A DNA stretch of 51,433 nt from a virus (IMGVR_UViG_3300024275_000004:1-51433), one strand, 5' to 3'. Positions 37,559 through 45,430 are shown, numbered from the stretch's first letter. Notes: generated by a model not told the origin, from the sequence alone. Made by a program: numbers and translations.

Positions 37559-38158
37559 TCACGAAATAGTAATAGCCGGCTGCACGGTGACAGCGCCGTT
37601 GGAGTCGCGCGTCACAGCAGGCTGTGTAATTGTTTTAGAAGGCGTGCCTAAATAAGAGGCGTGCCATGCGTCGATAGCTCCTGGAAAGGATGTACTAGCC
37701 ACATCAGTAGTAAATACTCCATTCTTGCCATCAGGCCATTTAATTATTGCAGTAGTGATTGCGCCATTAGAATCTCTCGTTGCACTCACTAATTGGAATG
37801 TTTGGCTGTAAGCCCATGTTGCCAGCTCATAAGCAGCAGCGTTAGCAGCAGAGGCTGCACTAGAAGCGGCACTAGATGCGCTAGAAGCGGCAGAGGCTGC
37901 AGAAGCACTTGCAGATGACACAGCATTATTGAATATCTGCTCTACATCTACACCATCTAGAATAAGAGAATCAGCATGAACAGCATCAGCATTCAGGAGG
38001 CTATTCCCATTCAGATCAATGGGCACCTCCATCGTATTCGGCTCACCATCTGGATTATCTCGATACAACACCTTCTGGTTTAGCTCGTCTTCAAGCTTCT
38101 GGAAGTTGCTATTAATACCGAGCAGTGTTAATACATTACTCAGACTGATCTTTGCCAT
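37559..38158 (-). CDS. short tail fibre / adaptor with virion-anchor domain
   Basis: N-terminus paralogous to 39801-40985; Ala/Ser coiled coil; TRDSNGA repeated twice. Confidence 0.75.
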   Translation of the reverse strand: MAKISLSNVLTLLGINSNFQKLEDELNQKVLYRDNPDGEPNTMEVPIDLNGNSLLNADAVHADSLILDGVDVEQIFNNAVSSASASAASAASSASSAASSAASAANAAAYELATWAYSQTFQLVSATRDSNGAITTAIIKWPDGKNGVFTTDVASTSFPGAIDAWHASYLGTPSKTITQPAVTRDSNGAVTVQPAITIS

Positions 38159-38348
38159 TCTTAATTTCCTTTAGCCACTTCCATACGCCATGTGCGAGAA
38201 GGAAGATTACATAGACGAGAGAGAAGAGGGTAAGCCATTCAGGGAGAGGAACACCTAAGAAGACCAGCCCACCAGGAGCAGCCCCTAAGGTCACTCCCGC
38301 TTGTGGACTAGTAATATATTCAGTGACTTGTTCGACTACTTGCTTCAT
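38136..38348 (-). CDS. putative holin
   Basis: 70 aa, hydrophobic segments, basic C-terminus. Confidence 0.6.
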   Translation of the reverse strand: MKQVVEQVTEYITSPQAGVTLGAAPGGLVFLGVPLPEWLTLFSLVYVIFLLAHGVWKWLKEIKNGKDQSE

Positions 38349-39781
38349 GGTGTGTTTCTCACTACGTTGGAGCCACCAGAAGCAGCCATATTATAAGGAG
38401 TATTCCCTGGATATCCGCTACCTGCCTCGTTATCGAATGTACGAGTGAAGTCAGTAGTACCAGCCAGCCAGTAACCTACGTTAAATCCTGCTACCTTGTT
38501 ATTCGCAAGTTTAGTACTAACGCAGTTCTCAACGTAATAGCCCACCACTGTAGTACCGCCAACTGCGATAGGGTTGACAACATTATTGCAATCAATGATA
38601 CAGTCATTAGAGCCCTTAATAGAAATACCTACTGGTGTACTGCCAGCGCCCTGGTTTACGATATAAATCAGGTTGTGGTCAATAAACGACTGAGAGAAGT
38701 TCTCTAGGTGAACACCTTGCGAAGTAACATTGGCATGGCTATGTGTTAAACTGAACCAAGGATAATTAGCATCCAGACGGAAGTCATAACCTACCTGAAC
38801 AGCAATAGCAAAGCACTGACTGATATTAACACCCTCGATGTGGCCAATACCCTTGAAACCAGTAATCCCATAGTATACCTTGACATTATGGAGTACGAAG
38901 TCAGTAGGGGCACCTGTAGAGTAATTAGCCAGAAATACGCCAGACTCCATACCAGAGGCGTATCCTGTACCCATAATGTTAATATTCTCTAAGGTAGCGG
39001 CATGGCAGTTAACCAACTCAATGCCACGATACCATCCGGTAACATTGAAATTAGACGGGATCAACTGGAGGTTACGAAGAATAAGACGATCGGTAGTACG
39101 ATTGTTTGTAGCATCGGATACAGAGAATTCCACATGGATACCTGTAACACTATTCACCTGATTAGTGGTTAGTGTCATATCCTCAATCGTAGTGTAATGA
39201 AGGTAGCTATCCTGAGCGATATAGACAAGCGCACCAGATACTACTTCACCCTTTAGGATTGTAAGCCCTTGACCTGCTCCACGAATATGAACTCGCTTGC
39301 TGCCAATAGTGATTGCACTAGAAAGACGATATGTACCAGGAGGGAAATACACTTCTGCAATCGTATTGTTATCCAGCGCATTGAAAGCCGCTTGGATAGC
39401 AGGAGCATCATTAGTAGTACCATCTCCTACAGCACCGTATTGCTTCACATCGACATATCGGCGAAGCTGTGTCTGTACTGTAGTAGCTGTACCGCTAGGA
39501 ACAGTAAAGCCGATTAGGTTAGCACCACCTGAAGTAGCGAGTGTAGTAGAAGTAGGACGAAGAGCATCAGCAGCTTGATAGGCTGCAGTTACTACGCCGT
39601 CAGCAGCGATATAGTCAGTAGCCACTTCCTCAACAGCAGCCTGTACATTAGACGAACTAATAGTACCTGCAGGAGCGAAGTTAACATTAATTGCTTGAGC
39701 GATAGATCCTGGATTAGGGGCAGCAGCAGGAAGTGTCTGCCATGCTGTACCGTCCCAAGCTCGCATTGCGCCATTAGACAT
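38345..39781 (-). CDS. tailspike with pectate-lyase-like beta-helix (putative depolymerase)
   Basis: VDVKQYGAVGDGTTNDAPAIQAA, VYFPPGTY, followed by beta-helix repeats. Confidence 0.85.
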   Translation of the reverse strand: MSNGAMRAWDGTAWQTLPAAAPNPGSIAQAINVNFAPAGTISSSNVQAAVEEVATDYIAADGVVTAAYQAADALRPTSTTLATSGGANLIGFTVPSGTATTVQTQLRRYVDVKQYGAVGDGTTNDAPAIQAAFNALDNNTIAEVYFPPGTYRLSSAITIGSKRVHIRGAGQGLTILKGEVVSGALVYIAQDSYLHYTTIEDMTLTTNQVNSVTGIHVEFSVSDATNNRTTDRLILRNLQLIPSNFNVTGWYRGIELVNCHAATLENINIMGTGYASGMESGVFLANYSTGAPTDFVLHNVKVYYGITGFKGIGHIEGVNISQCFAIAVQVGYDFRLDANYPWFSLTHSHANVTSQGVHLENFSQSFIDHNLIYIVNQGAGSTPVGISIKGSNDCIIDCNNVVNPIAVGGTTVVGYYVENCVSTKLANNKVAGFNVGYWLAGTTDFTRTFDNEAGSGYPGNTPYNMAASGGSNVVRNTP

Positions 39782-39800
39782 ATTATTATTATTCCTTTAT

Positions 39801-40985
39801 TTAACGAACGCGACGAGCACGAATAGATCCATTAACAGTACAGGTGCCGCCTGTAAATGCTGCATCAGCAACGCAGTAAACCGTAGAGGTACTTGTGATG
39901 CTAACTCGTACCGTAGGACTAGCAAGAGTAATAGATCCTAATCCATTATTCCACGATACGCCTGTTACCATATTAGAACCACCAAGACCTACTAATGTTG
40001 CAGAAGTAAGTCCGACCGATGCTGTATAGAAAGTACAAGTAGCGCCAGCACCTAGCGAGTAGTTAACAGTACCTTCAATATCCCAATCTCCTGGAGTCAA
40101 GGAGACACTTGTAGCATTAGCAGCGACAAGATTAGAAATAGAAGTGCCAGTAGTAGTATTAGTAATGAATTCACCTACACTGCCTGCATTAGCATTGTTA
40201 TTAGTTGTTGTCCCAACAATACCTGCTGTTTGCGAAGGAGTGATTGTACCTGTGGCTGTAATCGTAGTGGCGGCTACAGTGTTGGGTGTTGTCGCGCCCA
40301 CTGTACCGTTGTGCGCCCCTGTCGTAGCTCCAGTAACATTACCCGTAAGAGGGCCAGTAAATGCTGACGAGGAAAAAGCAACAGCAGCATCCCCATTAAG
40401 CTTAGCCTTCTCAGTGTCTAGCTCTTGAAGAGCAGCCTGTACTGTTGTAGAGCCGATGTTACCTACGGGAGTTACCGTAATTGAATCAGCAGGGAATGTA
40501 CCTCCTGGCGATAGAGTGGTATCCCAGTACAATGCTCCGATGAGAAGAGGATTACCATCATTATCCACTGTAGGCGGAGAAGCCTTAGCCCCAAGATACC
40601 GATCATCGAATGAATCGAATGAAGCCGCACTAGCTGAAGCACTAGCCGCACTAGAAGTAGCACTGGCTTGCGATAGAATGGCAGAAGCCTCTGAATCAGC
40701 AGCAGCAGCTGTAGCATCAGCTACAAGCCCACCAGCAGCCAGATCAATAGCTTCCTGGATTGTATTCCCATTAAGGAAGATTTCATTATCGACATGTAAG
40801 TCATTAACACCGAATACATTCTTACCATTAGCATCTAGATCATTATCTAGAGCATTAGGTTCCCCTACGGGGTTATCCCGATAGAGTACCTTCTGATTAA
40901 GTTCATCCTCAATTAATTGAAAGTTATTATTAATCTGAGAGAAACCATAATCAGCAATTGAGGTATTTAGCTCAATCTTAGACAT
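39801..40985 (-). CDS. tail fibre protein with virion-anchor domain
   Basis: INNNFQLIEDELNQKVLYRDNP, FDDRYLGAKAS.PTVDNDGNPL..GALYW. Confidence 0.8.
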   Translation of the reverse strand: MSKIELNTSIADYGFSQINNNFQLIEDELNQKVLYRDNPVGEPNALDNDLDANGKNVFGVNDLHVDNEIFLNGNTIQEAIDLAAGGLVADATAAAADSEASAILSQASATSSAASASASAASFDSFDDRYLGAKASPPTVDNDGNPLLIGALYWDTTLSPGGTFPADSITVTPVGNIGSTTVQAALQELDTEKAKLNGDAAVAFSSSAFTGPLTGNVTGATTGAHNGTVGATTPNTVAATTITATGTITPSQTAGIVGTTTNNNANAGSVGEFITNTTTGTSISNLVAANATSVSLTPGDWDIEGTVNYSLGAGATCTFYTASVGLTSATLVGLGGSNMVTGVSWNNGLGSITLASPTVRVSITSTSTVYCVADAAFTGGTCTVNGSIRARRVR

Positions 40986-41521
40986 TTGTTCCTTTTCTTG
41001 CTTTTGGGACTAAAGACTGTTCCGCAAGGAATCAGTCTAGTTCCTTCGTTAATGGCCACATACGTTCGAAGAACGAATGCGTAGCGTCATAAGGCAGCTA
41101 AGGCTGCTCTTATGTATTACTCCTTAGACGCCTTCGGCCTTTACATGAAAATATTCTGCAGAGATATTCTCCTGGCCTTAATTGTCAGAATTTCTGTGAG
41201 AAATTTGTGAGGTTCAATGCACCTAGAAGCACTAGGTGTGTCCCCCTTGTACCCCCTCCCAAGCATCACACATGCTTCGCATAATGTACATTATGTAAAA
41301 TCGACCCCTAGTACGTGCCTTACCAGGCACAATTCTGTTTGTCAATAGGGATTAGTCTCTATTGTGAGGTGTGGGCTAAATGTGCTCCGTATCCCTATTT
41401 CATAGCATGACGTAGCCTGGTAATTGCCCACAATCCCTTATAAATCAAGGGCTTAGGCGCATTCTGCGCCCCTATAAAAGAACGCCTTCGGCCTAATGCT
41501 ACGCATGGTGCACCCTACTAT

Positions 41522-41554
41522 GTATATACGCGCGCAATTACCATTTTTGGACAT
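41522..41554 (-). promoter_or_regulatory. putative phage-sigma promoter ATGTCCA-N18-GTATATAC at the head of the late arm
   Basis: Variant of the repeated motif with the same spacer; points into the structural operon. Confidence 0.72.
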
Positions 41555-41625
41555 GCTGTGTCTATTATCGTTTACCCTGGTATGTTACGAGGTTGATACA
41601 ATATGCAGTGCTAGCGGTTCACCTA

Positions 41626-41655
41626 TTGACATCTCGTTACTGTTACAGATATGAT
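41626..41655 (+). promoter_or_regulatory. early sigma70 promoter P1 (TTGACA-N18-TATGAT)
   Basis: Perfect -35 and near-consensus -10. Confidence 0.65.
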
Positions 41656-41701
41656 TCATCCCGTTGTCAGCAAGTATGTTTCAAGGTTGTAACGAAACAG
41701 G

Positions 41702-41730
41702 TTGACAAGTATGAGTTGATAGTTCATAGT
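41702..41730 (+). promoter_or_regulatory. early sigma70 promoter P2 (TTGACA-N17-CATAGT)
   Basis: Perfect -35 with 17-bp spacer. Confidence 0.7.
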
Positions 41731-41840
41731 TCATACCAACGCAGCATACGAAACACCTGAGAGTCAAAGCAGACGTTAAATGCTAGGTGTAGTAGGTGTT
41801 AGCTAGTACATAAGGCCTAGGCCGGAAGCACTAGACAGCG

Positions 41841-41869
41841 TTGACAAGTAGCAAGAAGTATGAGATAGT
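41841..41869 (+). promoter_or_regulatory. early sigma70 promoter P3 (TTGACA-N17-GATAGT, extended TG)
   Basis: Perfect -35, TGn extension; shares GTTGACAAGTA with P2. Confidence 0.7.
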
Positions 41870-41885
41870 GCGGTTCATGCAGTAG

Positions 41886-42021
41886 TAGTTAGTGCATGTA
41901 AAGGTAACTCCCTAGTAAGGGTAAAGCTGGATCTAAGTAACGCCAGCATACAGCCGCGACGGAGAAGGCAGATCACCGGGTTAATAGCTTGGGTGGGCCG
42001 AACAAACTGAAGCACTAACTA
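41886..42021 (+). ncRNA. candidate multibranch structured RNA
   Basis: A 10-bp perfect closing stem TAGTTAGTGC/GCACTAACTA encloses four small hairpins. Confidence 0.55.
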
Positions 42022-42063
42022 GCAGTAAGCGAAAGGACATGCAAAGCATGGCTAGGTAGCGTT

Positions 42064-42076
42064 CGCCCTTTAACAA
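42064..42076 (+). promoter_or_regulatory. boxA-like antitermination element
   Basis: CGCCCTTTAACAA versus the rrn/lambdoid consensus GCTCTTTAACA. Confidence 0.6.
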
Positions 42077-42385
42077 TGTGATGATGTGAGTACACAGTAG
42101 AATGTGTACATGCCTGAGCTAGCCTGAAACTAGCGCAGCCAGTGTCGTGTAAGAGAATCCATACCGGGGCCGTGGTGCAAAGGTAGGGAAGATACTTGCC
42201 TCCTGGACGCGTGAAGACAGAGTGTGAAGGAGAATGTTCTATCCCTAAGCAATCGCCTAATAAGCCTGAGCAATCGGATAGAACACTACATGTACTGTCA
42301 ATGGTGTACAGAAAGCTATGTGTTTCTGCGCAAGTAGAAATACTATCATGCCTTGCATGTGGCTCTAATTACAGCATCGTCCACC

Positions 42386-42397
42386 CTTCTTTAACAA
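42386..42397 (+). promoter_or_regulatory. boxA-like antitermination element
   Basis: CTTCTTTAACAA, 7 nt before the rod RNA. Confidence 0.6.
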
Positions 42398-42404
42398 TTC
42401 GAAA

Positions 42405-42563
42405 GCTACACCTATCCTCGTTTGTATGCGGCAATGTCTGCGTATGTTCAGGCCCACTAGGTTTATCTCCCTCGCGTAGACCACGGCTCTACGCTGCACA
42501 AGATAGACCAATAGAACCTTGAACAAACAAACATGTTGCCAGTAACGAGGGAAACGGTATAGC
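42405..42563 (+). ncRNA. candidate ~160-nt rod-shaped ncRNA
   Basis: Six nested helices read by hand, several with G-U pairs. Confidence 0.65.
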
Positions 42564-42617
42564 ATGGGACATAGTGACAGTGTGTCCTGTAGTGTATCGT
42601 TAACAAGGAGGTGTGTG

Positions 42618-42848
42618 ATGATCACCAAGAAAGATGCAATTGCGATTGGTTCTGCCATCGTTGCGGGATTGAAGCGTGAAGAGGCTGATCCGCGTATGTC
42701 CGGTACTGACAACAAGGCTCGTTACCATGCACGAGGTGCAGTTATTCATGCAATGGATAACTTGTGGTATGACGTTATTCCGCAAGCTACTCGTGCATCA
42801 TTCAATTACAGCAAGGATGAATTCTTTGCTGCATGTAAGTGGGAGTGA
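42618..42848 (+). CDS. first early protein (76 aa), hypothetical
   Basis: Strong AAGGAGGT SD before ATG 42618. Confidence 0.8.
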   Translation: MITKKDAIAIGSAIVAGLKREEADPRMSGTDNKARYHARGAVIHAMDNLWYDVIPQATRASFNYSKDEFFAACKWE

Positions 42849-42851
42849 GAT

Positions 42852-42968
42852 ATGAGAGAAACTAAAGTTAAGCGTATGGTGCGTATGTGTGGTGTACGTA
42901 TGACTGCACTGTATCTCAAGCGTAGGGGCTACACAGCAGAACAAGCTGTAACCCTCATGTTCCGTTAA
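42852..42968 (+). CDS. hypothetical early protein (38 aa)
   Basis: GGAG SD; MRETKVKRMVRMCGVR... Confidence 0.6.
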   Translation: MRETKVKRMVRMCGVRMTALYLKRRGYTAEQAVTLMFR

Positions 42969-43015
42969 TACATAGAACAAAGGGCGCTGGTTAGCGCCCT
43001 TGATTGTGTGTATTA
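42966..43015 (+). other. putative RNase III processing hairpin
   Basis: TAATACATA...AAGGGCGCT-GGTT-AGCGCCCTT...TGTGTATTA with an internal loop. Confidence 0.55.
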
Positions 43016-43082
43016 GATGATGTGCCGAAAGATATAGCAGACTAATGCTATCATCGTCACAGACAGGTGGCCTAGCGCAAGG

Positions 43083-43595
43083 CTAACGGCCCAAGTCTTT
43101 AAGCATCGCATCATAATCGTCAAGGTCTTTCTTGATGAGATTCCGCTTTTGCTCAGCACCGTCTAGCGTAGCCTTAATGGCGTCTATCTGTTCTGCCTGC
43201 GCCCAAAAGCTAGCTTGCGCCTGCTTGCTAGTTTTGAAGCTGTTCTCAATGTCAGGCTTGTATAGCTCATTGCCGAATACATCAAAGAAGACAGGACGAA
43301 ACACCCTGCCGGCCTCTTGCTCAGGGAATCCGGCAGGAATGGATTCAACGAGGCCAAAGATAAGACCACTGTCTAGGACAGACGTGGAAATGATTTTGCT
43401 GTGAAAAGCCTTGATTGTCTTATCCTCCACGTAATGTGAACGCCCCTCCAAGTTACGTTGAGCTTGTGAGAGGGGATAGCCTGAGCGTGAACGATAGAGT
43501 TCAACCCCGTTCTGTTGAAGGACATGTGCGAGGGTGTCGATAGTAACAATCTTGTTGGGTGCTTTATTCATCATAGCTCTCTGTTGGCATGGCAA
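43083..43595 (-). CDS. hypothetical protein encoded against the early transcription direction
   Basis: 170-aa ORF with globular-protein composition and no convincing + strand gene; start uncertain. Confidence 0.6.
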   Translation of the reverse strand: MPCQQRAMMNKAPNKIVTIDTLAHVLQQNGVELYRSRSGYPLSQAQRNLEGRSHYVEDKTIKAFHSKIISTSVLDSGLIFGLVESIPAGFPEQEAGRVFRPVFFDVFGNELYKPDIENSFKTSKQAQASFWAQAEQIDAIKATLDGAEQKRNLIKKDLDDYDAMLKDLGR

Positions 43596-43662
43596 GGCGC
43601 CATGTCCAGATAGTAGGCCAGTCTCTCAGGCGTAGCAAGTCAACCAAAAGTAGGAGGGCATC

Positions 43663-43857
43663 ATGCCTAACACATACGTAATCAAGTGCAAGGTAGGTGA
43701 CGTGCCAGCCGGCTACCTGTCGATCTACGCCGATCAAGAGACAGTGCAGACGAGGGAGGCAGCGCGTCATTTCCATAGCCTGCTAACTGCGGATTCATAC
43801 GCTGTTGCCCTGGACATGGAGTTTCCAGGCTGGAGCCACGTGGTTGAAGTGTTGTAA
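43663..43857 (+). CDS. hypothetical early protein (64 aa)
   Basis: AGGAGG SD. Confidence 0.75.
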   Translation: MPNTYVIKCKVGDVPAGYLSIYADQETVQTREAARHFHSLLTADSYAVALDMEFPGWSHVVEVL

Positions 43858-43985
43858 CCATCACCTGGGAAATACTATCATGCTCGCCGAATGGTGCATC
43901 AAGTACCGGTCTCGTGCAGTAAGAGGGTTTCTGTCTTCAATGCGGCTATCTGTGCGTGCCGCTAGCTGTAGGAATTAAAGACCCT

Positions 43986-44056
43986 ACAATCGATTTGTTT
44001 TGTTCAAGCTAGGGTTGCTACACCCTATTCATTTAAATGGCTCTATGGGCCTGTAA
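43986..44056 (+). repeat. 71-bp dispersed intergenic element, copy A
   Basis: 51/71 ungapped identity to 48900-48970 by hand count. Confidence 0.7.
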
Positions 44057-44077
44057 TCAAGTTTAAAGGGGATTGTT

Positions 44078-44230
44078 ATGTATAACGCTATGACTGACGC
44101 ATTCATCAAGGCAGGTTTCGCTGTTAAGGACAACATCAACAAGAAGTTTCATACAGGTTGGAATGCACGTCTCTCATTCCGTACGTTCAAGCAATTGCAG
44201 AACGAGGGATACGAGAAGTTTTCCGGCTAA
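44078..44230 (+). CDS. hypothetical early protein (50 aa)
   Basis: AAGGGG SD; MYNAMTDAFIKAGF... Confidence 0.6.
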   Translation: MYNAMTDAFIKAGFAVKDNINKKFHTGWNARLSFRTFKQLQNEGYEKFSG

Positions 44231-44272
44231 CACTTAACATCAAAGGGCATTAGCAATAGTGCCCTTGAGTGT
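44230..44272 (+). other. putative RNase III processing hairpin before tRNA-Leu
   Basis: AAGGGCATTA-GCAA-TAGTGCCCTT; same AAAGGGC...GCCCTTGA frame as 42966-43015. Confidence 0.55.
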
Positions 44273-44289
44273 GACATGTTGTCACTAAT

Positions 44290-44374
44290 GCGAGTATGGC
44301 GGAATTGGTAGACGCAAGAGACTTAAAATCTCTCGCCTATGGGTGTAAGGGTTCGACTCCCTTTACTCGCACCA
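44290..44374 (+). tRNA. tRNA-Leu(TAA)
   Basis: 85-nt cloverleaf with variable arm, GGTTCGAC T-arm and encoded CCA. Confidence 0.93.
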
Positions 44375-44401
44375 TTACATTTCTTTTTATTGGAGCTACA
44401 A

Positions 44402-44947
44402 ATGGAACAAATCAACGTCCCTCAATTTTCGATGGAAGCTTTTGCTGCAGGTTTCGAGAAGAATCTCAAGGCTCTGCAAAAGGCAGAGAAGATCACGAAG
44501 GATTTGCTGCGTGACATGTCCCGCGATGTCCTGAACGCAGTTCACGTCACTCAGGATAGCGGTGTAATCAATAAGCTGATTGCTGTGTTGACGCCTGTCA
44601 ATCGCAAGGTTGCTATCCTGTTTTATAAGGAGTTCAGTGGCTTCAACTGGGACGATGAAGAAGTTTCGTTTGGCAAGAAGAACAAGAAGAAGTACGAGGA
44701 CATCAAGTCGAAGGCCTTGCTCGCTCTGGAAGATCCGCATTTCAACATCTGGACGTGGGCGGACCGAAACGTACAAATCGAAGCTAAACCTTTGGATTTG
44801 AGTAAGATCACCGTGTTCGCAAAGAATGCAATCAAGAAGGCAGAAGAACAAGGTATTCCTCAAGCCGACATCCTAAAGGCATTCTTTGAAGGTGGATTTG
44901 ACGCAGCATCTCTGCTGGCTGTGATGGAAGAGATGGTCAAGGAATAA
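44402..44947 (+). CDS. hypothetical early protein (181 aa)
   Basis: GGAG SD before ATG 44402; the longer ORF start overlaps the tRNA. Confidence 0.85.
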   Translation: MEQINVPQFSMEAFAAGFEKNLKALQKAEKITKDLLRDMSRDVLNAVHVTQDSGVINKLIAVLTPVNRKVAILFYKEFSGFNWDDEEVSFGKKNKKKYEDIKSKALLALEDPHFNIWTWADRNVQIEAKPLDLSKITVFAKNAIKKAEEQGIPQADILKAFFEGGFDAASLLAVMEEMVKE

Positions 44948-45413
44948 ACTTATTCCCTTTCTTTCTGTTCTCTTCTTTTGTGAGGATTTGAAGATTTATT
45001 CCGACATGAAGACCACATACTTTCTCATTGATTAAGGGAACGATGTGGTCTACTTCGTGCCACTCTCCTGTAACCTGGTTCAATAGGTCACAAGCGGCAT
45101 AAGCTAAGAGAATACTATCATCGTCTCGCACGGTGGCACGGTCTTGGATGAGCCTTCGTTTGTTCTGCTGCGCTGCTCTGCGTGGCTTGTTAGCTTCTCT
45201 ATACACCTTGTAATAAGCTAACAGATGATCTTGGTTTTCTTTACGCCATTTCTTAGTTCTTTGTAAATGACTGTCCCTATGCTTACTGTAGGATGCCTTA
45301 CGGCGCAGTTTTCTACATGGCGTGCAATACCTAACTAAGCCGTCAGGATTATTACTCTCTTTAGTGTATTCAGAGAGAGGTTTTAATTCTTGGCAATCTT
45401 TACAAATTTTCAT
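44937..45413 (-). CDS. HNH homing endonuclease with N-terminal Zn ribbon, antisense insertion
   Basis: CKDC...CTPC; EVDHIVPL...VCGLHVGINLQIL..ENRKKGNK; start at 45413 or 45437. Confidence 0.88.
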   Translation of the reverse strand: MKICKDCQELKPLSEYTKESNNPDGLVRYCTPCRKLRRKASYSKHRDSHLQRTKKWRKENQDHLLAYYKVYREANKPRRAAQQNKRRLIQDRATVRDDDSILLAYAACDLLNQVTGEWHEVDHIVPLINEKVCGLHVGINLQILTKEENRKKGNKFIP

Positions 45414-45430
45414 TATTTTTATGGATTGAT

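Noticed and set aside
41737-42600. CRISPR mini-array or retron msr-msd in the leader
   Set aside because: No regularly spaced direct repeats, and no cas or reverse transcriptase gene was seen.
42196-42715. ORFs 42196-42522 (+) and 42365-42715 (-) in the early leader
   Set aside because: Atypical Cys/Ser-rich composition, weak starts and overlap with strongly paired RNA structure; not fully excluded.
42337-43883. 15-bp exact repeat GAAATACTATCATGC (42337 and 43869)
   Set aside because: About one 15-mer match is expected by chance in 51 kb, and the two contexts differ.
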